53,923 nt of DNA, filler included, from Bipalium vagum (GCA_037834085.1; 3 parts of 3 records of this genome joined end to end with filler, not necessarily neighbours in it), one strand, 5' to 3'; counted from the first letter of the whole stretch, positions 24,884-38,800 are shown. The notes: generated by a model not told the origin, from the sequence alone. Numbers and translations: made by a program.

Positions 24884-27800
24884 TCATTAAAACCTAAGTT
24901 TAATAAACTATACAGTTGTCCCTGTTGATCAGCTAAGTGAGTTTGATGTTTTCACACCGAAAGACAGTTCCAAATTAAGACCTGATGTAAATATCAAAGC
25001 TCCGAATGGATTGAGAGTTCCTGTCAAAATTCAAGAAACCGTAGATGGGTATGCAGTAGGTTTTACTCCTACTGCTACTGGACCTTATTCAGTTTCAATT
25101 GATGCAAATGGATATCCGGTTGGAAATAGTCCTTACAAAATAAATGCAATAGGTTCTGTAGACTCAAAGTCTTATCAACCAATTGAGCAACCTTTGTTAA
25201 TTAATGCAGACTATGCAACTGATAATCTAGCATATAACAAACCAGCACAAAATCCTAAATATGTTTCAATGGAGAGACCTAATGTCAAAACATTTTCGAA
25301 TTTAGCTCAACAAAGAAGTTTTAATGAACCAAATATAATAGAAGAAAATATTCGACCAGTTCATAGATCCAGTGACAAAGTGAGAGACTTTATATATTAG
25401 AGATTATTTAATAAAATATTTAGTCACAGTCAAGAAAGCCAAATGTCAAAGCTTATGGTGAAGGCCTAATAAAAGGAGTGGCAAATAAACCAGCTCAATT
25501 TGTTATAGATAGTACTGAAGAACCTCCAGCTCCTCTAAGTGTAACAATAGAGGGCCCCATGGAAGCCCCAATAGACTATACGGATAATGGTGATGGTACC
25601 TGCAATGTTGATTATCTGCCAAAAGAATCTGGAACTTATATTGTTAATGTCTTGTATGATGATCAGCATATTAAAGATAGTCCTTTCACTGTAACAGTTT
25701 ATCCTGATGCACAATTAACATCTAAGCTTGGTGAGGTTTCTAAGGTAACTGCATATGGGCCCGGTTTGGATCCAACAGGTGAAGAATAATAAACAAACTA
25801 TATATAATTTAAGTATACTTTCAGGAGTTTTTAAAGATTCTTTTTCAAAATTTACAGTAAATGCCAAACCCATTGATTATATGGGTAAAGGCGTAGTAAA
25901 AGGGATAATTACTAATCCTTTTAATCAAAGGTCAACATGTACTGTTGTAAACAACAATGACGGAACATATTCATGCAGTTATTCTCCTGTAGTTGAAGGT
26001 TTAAATTATTCAAACTCTATATTTAAATAGTCTTTGGTATTAGGACAACATAAAATCGAAATTACATACGATGGGCTGCCCGTTTCAAAATCACCCTATC
26101 TAGTTCCGGTCTTTCAAGGTAGTGATCCATCTAGGATTAAAGCATATGGTCCTGGACTTGAAGGAGGTATTACAAAACAGCCACAACATTTTACTGTGGA
26201 CCTTGAAGGTGCAGGCCAGGGTGGTCTTGGATTGTCAATTGAAGGACCAGCAGATGCTCAAATACAATGTTTTGATAATAAAGATGGAACATGTTCTGTT
26301 CAATATCTACCTCAAAAAGCAGGATCTTATGATGTTTCGATACAGTTCAATGACAAGCATATTCCAGGTAAAAATCTAAAATTAATATAAATGAATATTT
26401 AGAATACATTTAATTAATAAAAATTATTTTAAAAATAAATAAAAATTATAAAAAAATCAAAAGTTCAAATGAAATTAGAAAATTATTAGAATTTAAAAGA
26501 AATTCATTTGATGTGTGGGAAAAATTTCAATTTCAATTAATAAATTAATAATAAAAACTTTTTAAAATCATTTACTTTTCATTAAATTAAACAGATAAAG
26601 TATGCCTAAAACAATTTTTTGAAATTTTTTAAAATTTAAGATTTTAATCTGTAACTTTAAAAAATATTCTTTTAAGAATTTTTATTCTGTATTTTAAATT
26701 GATGTGGTAAATTTATTTTCCTTATATTTATAAATTTTTCCAGTGAATAATTATATCATAAAAAAATGCTTTCTAATAATATAATATTTTAAGCAGTTTT
26801 TCAAAAATAAAAATTACACTATAAGATATATTACTGTTATAATACTGTATAGTATTAAATACTATAAAAATACTTTGTGAATAGTTTTATTTAAAATTAA
26901 GTACTAAATTAAAAAGGTGACCAGAAAAAATGATTTAGTAATCTATATAATATACACTTAAATTAGGAATTCTTACAATTCATGATAATAATATATTAGT
27001 GCCAAAAAGTGAACTAAACTATTATCAAATTGTGGTATTTTTTAAAAATTTTAGGAAGTCCATTTACAGTCTCAATTCATGACCCAATTGATGTAAGTAA
27101 AGTTAAATGTGATGGACCCGGTCTTCGACCAAATGGATCAAGAGTTAATAAACCTTCTGAATTTACTGTTGACACAACTAAAGCTGGGGATGCACCATTA
27201 GAAGTCAACATAATCGACCCAATGACTAAACTTGTTAAACCAGCACAAATCATCCCGAGACCAACTCCTGGACTTTTCGATGTAACATATATTCCAGAAA
27301 ATATTGGAAATTGTGAAATCGAAGTTAAATTTAACAATCAACAAGTTCCTGGGTCTCCATTTTTGCAAAATGTCTTGACTTCAAGTGAGCCAGGAAAAGT
27401 TATTGTGACAGGAGAAGGTGTGCGACCATGTAGAGGAAATTTGAATGCCAATAAAGTCCCTTCGTTATTTACTGTCAATACTAGGGATGCTGGAGAAGGA
27501 GATTTGGAACTTATGGTTCTGGTAAGACTATGTTGATCAAAATTTAAACCTAATTGTTTCTTAAAGGGACCAAACAATAAATCGATAAACTTAGATGTGG
27601 ATAATCACGGAGATGGTACTTTTACTTGTCAATATAAACACGAGATACCTGGAAATTATACTGTTAAAGTTTTGTATGGAGATGTAAACGTTCCAGGCTC
27701 TCCTTTCATTGTTCCTGTCTTCTCTCAAGTGAAACCAGAACAATGCTTTGTGGAAGGTTAATAATAATATATTTTATACAAAATTTCTTAAAATGTTTAG

Positions 27801-30800
27801 TATTTTAAATGAAATTCTATAATTGAAAATATCGTTTATCAGCATTTGACTTTATTCTTAGACTGAAACTGAAAAAATGTTGTATAATTATCATTCAAAC
27901 TCTTATAGATAATTAAAGAAATTAATCTTGGGGAAATATTGTGTGAAATCAAAAAATAAAATGCAATCTAACATAAAATTGATTGAGATTTTTTTCAGAT
28001 CGATAAGTTTTAAATTATTAATAAATTTTTTCATATTGACTAAAAGTAATTACTTATCAGAATTCAATTATTCAACATTTAGTTTGTAAAATAAAAGTGT
28101 TTAGTCATTTCAATAATACTAAAAATAATCATTCATATAATAATAATAATAATTAAGACTCCACGATCATCTTTGTGACCTAAGCTTTGAAATGTATTTT
28201 ATTGATAATTTCATTTTATTGATAATATTTTATATCAAAACACTTACATAGGAAATATCATTTCATTTTTTTAACTCAATTTTTGTGATAATTATAGGAA
28301 GTATTCCGAACGAGATTCCTGTTGGTAAAACTACAACGATTCCAGTGAATACGCAAAATGCTGGAGATGGTATTTTATCAGTAAATTGTATTGGTCCTAT
28401 GGGATCAATAGTTCCTTGCACAATTGAAAATGATAGAAATGGTCATTCGAATGTAATGTTTGTTCCCCAAAAACCAGGTCCTTATGAGGTACAATTGATG
28501 TTCAATGATCAGCCAATTCCTTGTGGTATCATTCGGCAATATGTAAGCCTACTATATACCTACCCTTTACTATAAAATAATTTTAAATTATATTAAATTT
28601 AAAATTTTTAAAATATTTTTATTTATTAAATGATTCATTACACTTTTATAAAAAATTATAATTTAATTTTCATGAATTCTATTATATAAATATAAAAATT
28701 TTATAAAAGTACAAAACTTAATTTTCGATTTTCTACAATCTTCATATCAAATATTCTTTAACATGCTTTTTTCAGGCTGTTCAACCTCAAGAACGAGTAA
28801 GTATTCATACTTACCACTTATCTTCTTTATTCAACCTAATTTGAGCAGTTCTCGATGGAAAAAATAACAAATGTTTACCGAACCGAACAAATTAGACCTA
28901 TAGTAAGACCGGAATACAGTACAGTAGACTTTCATTTTCCAATTGGACCAGTGTTTGATTATGTTAAAGGTTTGTTTTTATACAATGTTGTCAATTTAAT
29001 AAAATTTTAGCTATCGTTAATTGTCCGAGTAATAGAAGAGATCGGCCTAGATTAATTGATAACGGTGATGGAACAATCACTGTTCAATACCAACCATCTG
29101 AAAGTGGCCTACACGAACTTGAAGTTTATTACAACGAGCAGCCGATTCCAGGAAGTCCATTCAAATTTTATGTTGACAACATAGTTTCTACTGGGCAAGT
29201 TACAGCATACGGTCCAGGACTAAGTTATGGAAGACCAGAAGTCTCTGCTCATTTTACAATTGTTACAAAAGATGCTGGTGCTGGAGGACTGTCATTAGCA
29301 GTCGAAGGACCATCTAAAGCTGAAATTCAATGTATTGATAATAAAAATGGTACATGTGATGTAAGCTACTTGCCCTTGGTTTCCGGGGATTATCATATCA
29401 GTATCAAATTTATGGATAAACACATTGCAGGATCTCCTTTCACAGCAAAAATATTTGGTAATCAATTACTATATGTTCTTAGTTAAGTTAATAATATATT
29501 TAGGTGATCCAAAAAAACGATCTCAAATCTGCGTTGGAACAACTAGCGATGTACCATTAAAAATATCAGAAACTGATATCAATAACTTAAACGCTATTGT
29601 GAATAGTCCTTCAGGAAGAGAAGAAATTTGTACACTTAAAAGATTGCCCAATGGATATTTAGGTATTTTTTGGAATTCCAACATGATTGCAACGGGAAAA
29701 GCTTAACAAGACTCAATAATAATATCTATTTTAGGGATATCTTTCACTCCTAAAGAAGTTGGTGAACATTTGGTGAATGTCCTGCGTGCTGGAAGGCATA
29801 TTCCTAATAGTCCGTTCAAAATCAATGTTGGAGAAAACGAAATTGGAAATGCTTCTCGTGTAAGATTGTATGGTAATGGTTTAAGCGATGGGATGGTGAA
29901 TGAAACTTGTCAATTTATTGCTGACACCCGAGACGCAGGTATTTAGGTTATTAGATATCCTATTAAATAAAATTTTTTAAAAATTTATACATATATTGAA
30001 ACCAGCTTAATTAACTTTTTCTTGTTTACGTTATTCGAAGAAACTACTAGTACTAAAATCATCAAAATTATAAGAATAAAAAAATGTTGATTAAATATAT
30101 TACTTTCTATAAAAGAATTTAAAAATTAATATCACTCTATCCTCTCATTATTTTTTTGTCTTTCAGTCTAAAAATAATCTTCTCAAATACTTACAAATCA
30201 TTACAGTCATATTAAAACCAATTATTTTAAAGTTTAAATTATTTAAAATTATTCTATTTAAATTATTTTATTTTATTATTTTTATTATTTTATTTTAAAT
30301 TATTTTAAAGTTTTTAAAACCAGCATTTTTTAAGCTTACGTCCTAATATTATTTTGGTCTCTTTCTTCCTTCTTTTAATAAAAGGTAAACTGAAATTCGA
30401 TTTATCTAAAATTTCTTACAATAATAATGAATTAATCGAAAGTCTTACTTTACATTCTTTGCGAAGAATGCTTCTAAATACTGTCGATATCATATTAAAG
30501 AATTCATTAGTCTTGTCTCAAGGTTGTTGAGTAACTTTTCCATGTCTTCGGTATTGGTCTTAGGGTAGGAATTTGATTAGATAGTAATTGAAAAAATGAA
30601 ATTTTTTCAGCCAGATTGGAAGACCAAAATAAAATATTTTAAATGATAAATAAAAATTAAAAAATTTTAATAATAAAAATAATGCGATAAATCAAACTAC
30701 AATTTATAATAAAATCAAAGCAAGTAGGGCTTCAATCAAACTTTGGATAAAAGCTAATTTTCCATTTTAAAAATTCACAATTTTTTCTTTTATTAACATT

Positions 30801-33800
30801 TTTAAAAGTTTAACATAAAAAGTATGAATTTATGAAAACTAAAAATTGTGTTAAATTTCACTAAATTCATAAATTTTTCTAATGAATAAAACAAATTTCA
30901 TTATTAGAAATGGATCTATTTCGATAGATGTACCACCTTTTGACGCTTTTTTTAATTCATCAAATAAAGCAACTTTATTAATATATTAATTCGATTATTA
31001 AAAATTATTTTTTTACTTTTTTAATGTAAGAAAATTATTCTAAAAAATTAAATAAATAATTATGACTATCCTTTAGATAATACCCCCAATTTCAGAAATA
31101 CAGAAAATCAGAAGACAAAGTAAATATTAAATTACACTGGTCTGTATTTGAAAAATTTTATCTTATGATAATTATCTATAATATAACCAATATTTTAAGA
31201 TTTCTAAACTAAGATAAAATAAATCAAGATGATACCAGAAAAAAATGGAGACACTAAATCTATCATTTTGATAAAAAAATAAAATTTGGACAATTGACAT
31301 AGTTTTTATGAGATCATTTGTATAATTCCAGTAACATTTACAGAAATCTTTGAATGACAATCACGTAATAGTTAAATCTGACTTTGTTTTGTAATAACTC
31401 AAATTTTAATTGAAAAAAGAAATTTTATTTAAAAACATTCATTATCAAAAATTAAATTTTAATTTGGACACGATTTGCGCTTGGGAAAGTAATTCGTAGA
31501 AAAATAATATAGAGTTGCTGCGATAATTATTATTGGACATTTGTGTATACTGTAAATCTATGTTTTCTTTGGTAAAATTGCCATTGTCTATATATAAGTC
31601 TTCGCCTAAGGCCAAAGAATTAAGTCTAACAAATACTCCAAGTAATGTATTATAATTCCCGAAGCTGAAATAAAATAACATTAAAAATAAACTTTTAAAT
31701 AAAATATATAAACAAAAGCTGACCTTGGTGATACATCTACCGAAATTTATCCTTAGAAATTGTTAATAATTATTTATTGTTTATTTGATAAAAATAATAA
31801 TTCATGGAAATAAAAATTAACACTTTTAGGTTATGGAGGATTGAGTTTATCTATCGAAGGTCCAAGTAAAGTAGATATCGAATGTCATGATAACCACGAT
31901 GGTACTTGTCTCATAAAATATAAGCCAACTGAACCTGGAACTTACATAATAAATGTTAAATATGCTGATTCAAATGTTTCTGGTAGTCCTTTTGCGGTCA
32001 ATATAGGTGGATATCCGACTTCCAAGTTAACAGAAAGAATAATGCGTCATCAAGATGCAGCTGATGTTTCTCAAATCGGAAACATTTGTGAACTCAATTT
32101 AATTATTCCAGGTTAACTTTAATCAAAGTTGTTTTATTTTTCAGTTTTTAGGCTATAACCGACGGAATATATCTGCATCGGTAATAAGTCCTTCTGGCAC
32201 ATTGGAAATGTGTGAAATAATTGAATTAAGTGATAATCAATTCACAATAAGATTTATGCCCAAAGAACTCGGAGTTCACACAGTATCTGTGAAAAGTGAT
32301 AACCAACATGTTTCTGGTAAGTTAATAATTATTAAGAAAAGATTTGAATTTAAAAATCAGGAAGCCCATTTCAATTTACAGTGGGACCTTTAATAGATGG
32401 CGGGCCTCATAAAGTTCAAGTTGTAGGTAATGGTGTAGAAAGAGGCCTTTGTAATGACGCGAACAAGTTCAATATTTACACGAGGGAAGCTGGAGCTGGA
32501 AGTTTATCAATAGCAATAGAAGGACCAAGTAAAGCAGAAATTGACTTTCAAGTATATATTTTATTTTACATAACAATAAATAAATGTAAATAGGATAACA
32601 AAGATGGTTCTTGTGGAGTAACTTATAGAGTAAATGAACCAGGAGATTATACTTGTAGTATAAAATTCAATGATCAACACGTTCCTGGCTCACCTTTTAT
32701 GTTGCATATTGGAGAAAATCCATATTCTTCATACTCGCATCCAATTAAAAGTGAAAATATAATATTCAACGATAGTCAATATATAAGTATTGCCGCTCTT
32801 CAAGACCAAGGCTTAAATGTATTTTTGTTTAATTCGCCATCATATGTTTATGATATACTACAGATAGGAAGCAAAGCAAATTTTGTAATAAATTATCATG
32901 GGTTAACTGATGGACCAATTAGCGCTTTTGTTATTTCGCCGTCAAACAGGGAACACCCGGCATCTATAACTAGGATTGATAACAATCAATATAGTGTTCA
33001 TTTTGTCCCTGTAGAAAACGGAGTTCACAATGTCCATGTTTTGGTAAATAACTCCTCAATACCTGGAAGTCCTTTTCGAGTTGTTGTTGGAGAAGTCACA
33101 GTGAGTGGTGAAGGAATCGGTCATGGTTATACAGGAAAAGTTAATGAATTTTATGTTGACACGTCAAATGCTGGAAACGGAGCTCTCACTGTAACAGTAG
33201 ATGGGCCAAGTAAAGTTCAACTAAATTGTCAGGAAAACGAGAATGGTTATAGTTTTACATATGTGCCCTATATGCCTGGTGATTACACAATATCAATCAA
33301 ATATGGTGGGAATAATCATATAATTGGATCTCCATTCTTTGTGAGAAAATTAATAATTCCATTTCTATCCTTTTTTAATATATTCTCAGGTATCTGTTAC
33401 TGGCGACCATTTCTATCCCAGTGAAATAATCAATGAAACTAAATCACTAACTCAAACAGTTCACATGATAAGCAGCACTACTCAGAAAGGTCCTTCAAAA
33501 CCTTATAATGTTAAATGTGAAGGGGAAGGTTTGAGAGTCGCCGAAATTGGAAAGAGAAATGAATTTGTGGTCGATGCTGGGACAGCAGGTAAATTAAAAT
33601 ATTTTTTACTTTTCATTCTTGATTCTTAAAGGTGGAGATGTTCTTTACGTTGGAGTATCTGGACCAGTTAGACCTTGTGAAGAAGTTAACATAAAACACC
33701 TGGGAAATAATAGATTTCAAGTGAATTACTACGTTCAAGAAAAAGGAAGACATTTGCTGATGGTTAGATGGGGAGAAAATGATGTTCCCGGAAGTCCCTT

Positions 33801-33822
33801 CGAAATTTTTGTACCTAATTAA
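20396..33822 (+). CDS. FLNA: Filamin (filamin-A/cheerio-like actin cross-linker): 2 CH domains plus about 22 filamin Ig repeats, about 2,500 aa, complete
   Basis: 31 phase-consistent exons: 20396-20747, 20813-20928, 21011-21520, 21566-21806, 21864-22064, 22657-22794, 22839-22975, 23018-23138, 23183-23376, 23425-23682, 24391-24508, 24554-24781, 24916-25379, 25424-25778, 25825-25998, 26044-26367, 27055-27521, 27567-27756, 28298-28542, 28776-28796, 28849-28969, 29011-29457, 29504-29662, 29735-29938, 31830-32111, 32152-32316, 32361-32551, 32594-32818, 32864-33340, 33390-33588, 33632-33822 (7,515 nt). Motifs: [37 protein letters not shown], and repeated AYGPGL...GSPF. The symbol denotes the family, not one-to-one orthology. 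Confidence 0.97.
24063..24191. other. Sequence gap (N run) within filamin intron 10
   Basis: Run of Ns; the flanking exons join in frame (SPYK|VDVVEAS). Confidence 0.95.
24816..24883. repeat. (TAT)n microsatellite in a filamin intron
   Basis: About 22 perfect TAT units; they explain the poly-Tyr tail of ORF 24586..24897. Confidence 0.95.
28776..28796 (+). other. 21-nt filamin micro-exon (AVQPQER)
   Basis: tttttcag|GCTGTTCAACCTCAAGAACGA|gtaagt, phase 0-0, followed by a 52-bp intron. Confidence 0.75.
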
Positions 33823-35583
33823 GGATTAATTAGAATTATTAGAAATCGAGCATGCTATGCTTTAATTTATAAAATTATGTACTATTATTTTAAAATTATA
33901 AAAAACCAAACACTTTACCTGATAATTTTTCTTTCAAATATCTTTTTATTTATCATGTTGACATTTAGATCTTATCTTAAATTATTAAAAAATAAGGTTA
34001 TTGAAGATATGATCAAATATATTCATTTGATGATTAGAGGTTATTGAAAAATTTATTTAATTTGATCTCGTTGATGTGACTAAGACCTTTGTTACAGTGA
34101 TATTTTAGACAATGTTATTTTGTTTCAACCATTTTTTATGAAGTATCGACTGTGAATGTAAAAAGTGAGATTACCAGCAATGAGCATCTTCAACTTTAAT
34201 TTGAAAAATCGATTTGACGCTTTAATTTTTAAATACTTAATGATTATTTTCAGTTTTCGTTGAAAAAAGATAGTATTTATTTCTTTGATTATGTAGTTCT
34301 GAGTATTTCGTTCGGTTCTCTGTCCACATATGAATGTCTATTATTCAATTTTTTTTAAAATTAAAATAAAAATTATCGGGTTATTTTTTAATTTTTAAAG
34401 GTTGAGTTAAATTAATTGAGTCAATTATTTTTAAATAGGTTGTTTATATTTTAAAAATATATAGCAGTACCACTGATTATTTTTCTGTTTTTTTATAATT
34501 TTAAATATTTATATATATATCGTTTTAAAGTTGACTTATTTATACCAAATTCTTCAGTTTCTATTTCGAATTAAATAGTAACACGAAAAATTTTATTAAT
34601 ATTACAATGGCATTGGATTACCTCATACAGCAATTATAAGATTTCGTGTGATATTCATTACATATTTGCTACCTTTCTGTTGTATAACTTAATTTATACT
34701 ATGTCTCGTTTATGAAACTAGTGATGTTTCGTACATTTTTCTTTGAACTTCTGTTTTCACCTTCCTGAAGATATTCTCGATTGGATTAATCATAAATGAA
34801 TAAGGTAATAGAAACTTCAACTCGAATGAAGACTCAATTCACGGAAACAAGGTCTCTACAAAATTACAAAAAAATTTGGCACAAGGCGTTCTGTCGTCAA
34901 TAATTTTTATATTTACGAAGCCATTTCTACCCATGGCTATGTTGGAACGGTGAAACGTACATCCGTCAAGTTCTAAAGATCGCTTAAGGATCTGAATGGT
35001 TATAATATAATTATAATCAATAATTAATAAAAATACATAATGTTAATAATATTAATAAAATAATTTTTTAACTTTGTTCTAATCTTGACAATGTCGAATT
35101 GCAAAGATTATATCAGGTCCACAATTAGGGACCAATTTAGTAATATACGCCTAAAAATGGAATTGACATTCCCATTAAAGAATTTTGATCTACGACTGAG
35201 TAATCGCTTGATCAATATAAAAGGCGATATAAACCTTGATATACAATCTGATTATGGTCATACAACTTTAGAAATATTTTTATACACGTTAAAATATTAT
35301 TTGGTTAAAATTCCGTTCTCATAACCCCAGGGTCACTTTTGTTTATCTAGTCTAAGAGTAATTTTTAAATAATTTACGAAAATTTAGTAAAATTAAGTAA
35401 ATTTAGGATAAATAGGTAAAATTGCGATAAAATCTATGTTTGATAAAATCTACGAAGTAAATAGTTGTAAATTTTATTAATAAAATTCTAAATCACTAAA
35501 ATTAAATATGCAAATTAACATTAATTTGTTGTTCATAAAACGAATGATATCAGTCTCTTAGAAAACTATTTTATGGATTAAAT

Positions 35584-35683
35584 NNNNNNNNNNNNNNNNN
35601 NNNNNNNNNNNNNNNNNNNNNNNNNNNTTAATTAATTAANNNNNNNNNNNNNNNNNNNNNNNNNNNNNNNNNNNNNNNNNNNN
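35584..35683. other. Artificial assembly spacer N44-TTAATTAATTAA-N44
   Basis: Identical to the spacer at 19039-19138. Confidence 0.93.
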
Positions 35684-35760
35684 TATTTATTATTATATTT
35701 ATTATTATATTTATTATTATATTTATTATTATATTTATTATTATATTTATTATTATATTT
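35684..35760. repeat. 12-bp minisatellite (TATTTATTATTA)n, about 6 copies, at the contig edge
   Basis: Directly visible tandem units immediately after the spacer. Confidence 0.85.
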
Positions 35761-35830
35761 TTTTTTATTTTTATAGTTATATTTATATTTAAAAATAAAA
35801 TGAAGGTTTGATTTTAATTTTTAAATTTAG

Positions 35831-38800
35831 GACAAAGCCTAAAGGTAATTCCAACGAACCACGTCTAAGTGAATCTATAGATGAAATAACTTGTAGCATC
35901 TGTCTACAGGAAATGAACATATCCCAATTATTGATCTTTTGTCATAATTGCAGTAATGAATTCCATGAAAAATGTATTTCAATCTGTAAGTTTGTTATTG
36001 ATTTTCCCTTGAAAACCATATTTAGTATTTTATTACAAAGTGTATTATTTTTTAAGATAATAAAAGACTTTTTTTATATCCTATGATCTTCTGTTCTATC
36101 GACATCGATTCATATCTTACCAGTGATAAAATTTATAATTTTCTTTACTGTTGATATAGTAAAACTAAATTATAATTTCTTTTAATAATAAATAATTCTA
36201 GCTAATAATTATTAAATAATGAATAATAAGCAGTTTATTAAGAACCAATTACAATTTCTCAGTCTTTTAAGGCTTAACAAAAATAAATTTTTAAGATATT
36301 TTTTCAATTTTTATTTATATTTGTCTTAGATTTAGTGTATTATTGAGAATGTTTTTTATTTAAAACATTTTAAAATGTTTTGTATCTGAAATGCACTTAA
36401 AAATCGTTCCAGTGTTTGGTTTTTTCTTTAATAATAATAGAATTAGTGTTTTCTTAGTTGCAAACGGAGAATATGAGAAATATACAAATTATTATTATTA
36501 TTATTATTATTATTTCTCACAGTCGAAATTATAAATGTAACTGTTTTATTAATTTCACTTATTGAATTTCATGGCCACAAAATAATAAAAATATTGGAAA
36601 TATTGATGGCCTATTTCGGTTTCAATCATTAGCGAATTTAAGAATTGTTCCAAATACCTGACAGTGGTTGAAAATGAATGCATTATATGAATTTTGTTTT
36701 ACATTTTCAAAGACAGCCCAACCTATTTTAGGTTTACGTTATCAAAAAACCAGAGCGAGACATCCAAAGAAGACATTCAAAATAAATATATTAATTTCAA
36801 ACAACCCTCAGATATTAATTTATGAAATGGTAAAAATATAAATTAATTAAACTTGTTTTCAAAATTACAGTATCAACCAATGAGAAATGAGATAAATTAA
36901 ATATGTAAAAGTAGCTACTTGTTTTAGAATGTTTATGAAATTTATTAAAATTTCCATTTATATTTAGATAAAAAAATTAATTTTATAATTTTTTCAATAA
37001 TTTTACTTAACCAAAATTTTATGTTTCAATATTTTATTAAATCATATTACCGTTTCCAATATTATTATTTAACAGTTAATTTATTATTGAAATAAAATGA
37101 TTTTTTCCCTATTATCCTATTTAACAGAAAGCGATTTATCCAATAACTACATTAATAAANNNNNNNNNNNNNNNNNNNNNNNNNNNNNNNNNNNNNNNNN
37201 NNNNNNNNNNNNNNNNNNNNNNNNNNNNNNNNNNNNNNNNNNNNNNNNNNNNNNNNNNNNNNNNNNNNNNNNNNNNNNNNNNNNNNNNNNNNNNNNNNNN
37301 NNNNNNNNNNNNNNNNNNNNNNNNNNNNNNNNNAGTGTAAAAAGAATAAAGAAGATCAAACTTGTCCACTTTGCAGAAATTCATGGTCATCAGATAATCT
37401 TAATAAAGATACCGGTAGCCCACACGAATATCATTCAGGCCTCAATGGTTCAAATGTCTTCTCACCTCGATCTAGTACATCTTCACAACATATCAATCGA
37501 ACAAATATGTCATCATCAGCCTCAGATCTAAACTCCTCAAACTCTTCTTTTAGTATTACTGGCTCTAAACAAAGTCTAGGTGTTTCAATGACCCACAGAC
37601 CAATTGGACACTGTTTCTCGGACTCGGTTAGTTTTGATTATTATTAAGCAGGTGATCTTACATTATTATTTGTTGAATGTCATACATTCTTCCAATCATT
37701 AAGTTACAAAAAAATCAAAAATTTCTGGGATCTAGATTTTACTTTCCATACGTACTTATTATTTACTTATTAATTATGTGACCTTGAAATTGAAATTGTT
37801 TTGTATATTTTTTCAAATTTTGAATTTTTTAAAATATCTATGTGATTATTTAAAGCTGAAAATCATTAATTATTATTACGAAGATCCAAATTTTTTTGAT
37901 ATTTAAGATTTTTTGTAATTGATTTTCTTTTCTTTATTTGCTTGAAATGATTGGCAGATTTTCGAATAAATAAATGTTGAAAGAAAACTTATCTTTTCCT
38001 AGAGATTTGCGCTCTATCGAGGCTCACAGAAATAATTCTTTTTGATATATTTTCTTTTTTTAAAGTTCTGTAATATTTTCTATATTTTTAATATTTAAAA
38101 ATTATTGAATATACATGGAGCTCGAAATATTTCACATTAATATTTTATAATTTTGTTTCACTAGGAATTCTTTTTCGTCTTCAGCTCTTTAAATCCCGAA
38201 AAATTATTATTATTATTTTGTTATTTACATTTTTTACTCAACATTTTTTTACTCGTTCATTTACAATACACTTCACTAAATTTTTCTATTAATATTAATT
38301 GTGAATAATTAGTTTATTTTTATTGACATTGAAAAATATTATTGATTATGAATAAAATTTCTTATTCTAAAGTTTTAAGTATTAAATTTCAAGATTAATA
38401 TTTCATAAGATCATATTTTTAATTAGCAAGATATGATATGAATACTTACCATCTCATTAGCATATTGAGAACACTTGAATGGATTTTTTCAAATGGATAA
38501 ATTTGGAAGAACACATTTCTTTGAAAAAATATAAAATCAAAATTGTTTTATTAAAATAATAACGCGATTCTTTTGTTAATTTCTTAGATAGCCTTTTTTG
38601 TTAATTTTTAAACTTTTTAAAGATAATTGTATATAGCTGCAGCATTTTGTTTTTGTTTTAAATGATTTATTTAATTTGAAAGTAATATTAATTTTTCGCT
38701 TTACTTTTGTAACTATATATATATTATAGTATATAGTATGTTAATTAAATTTAACGAAAGTGGTCGCTTTTAAGATTGGTGGGCTCCATAAATCGCTATG

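Noticed and set aside
24781-24897. Poly-tyrosine protein tail in ORF 24586..24897
   Set aside because: It is read-through into an intronic (TAT)n microsatellite past the donor at 24782.
30480-30570. In-frame TGA in a minus-strand frame as possible selenocysteine
   Set aside because: There is no recognisable selenoprotein motif or SECIS, and no supported gene model.
34740-35000. Possible LTR-retrotransposon integrase relic (TQFT...KKFG...ER)
   Set aside because: The similarity needs several frameshifts and is too weak to support without a search.
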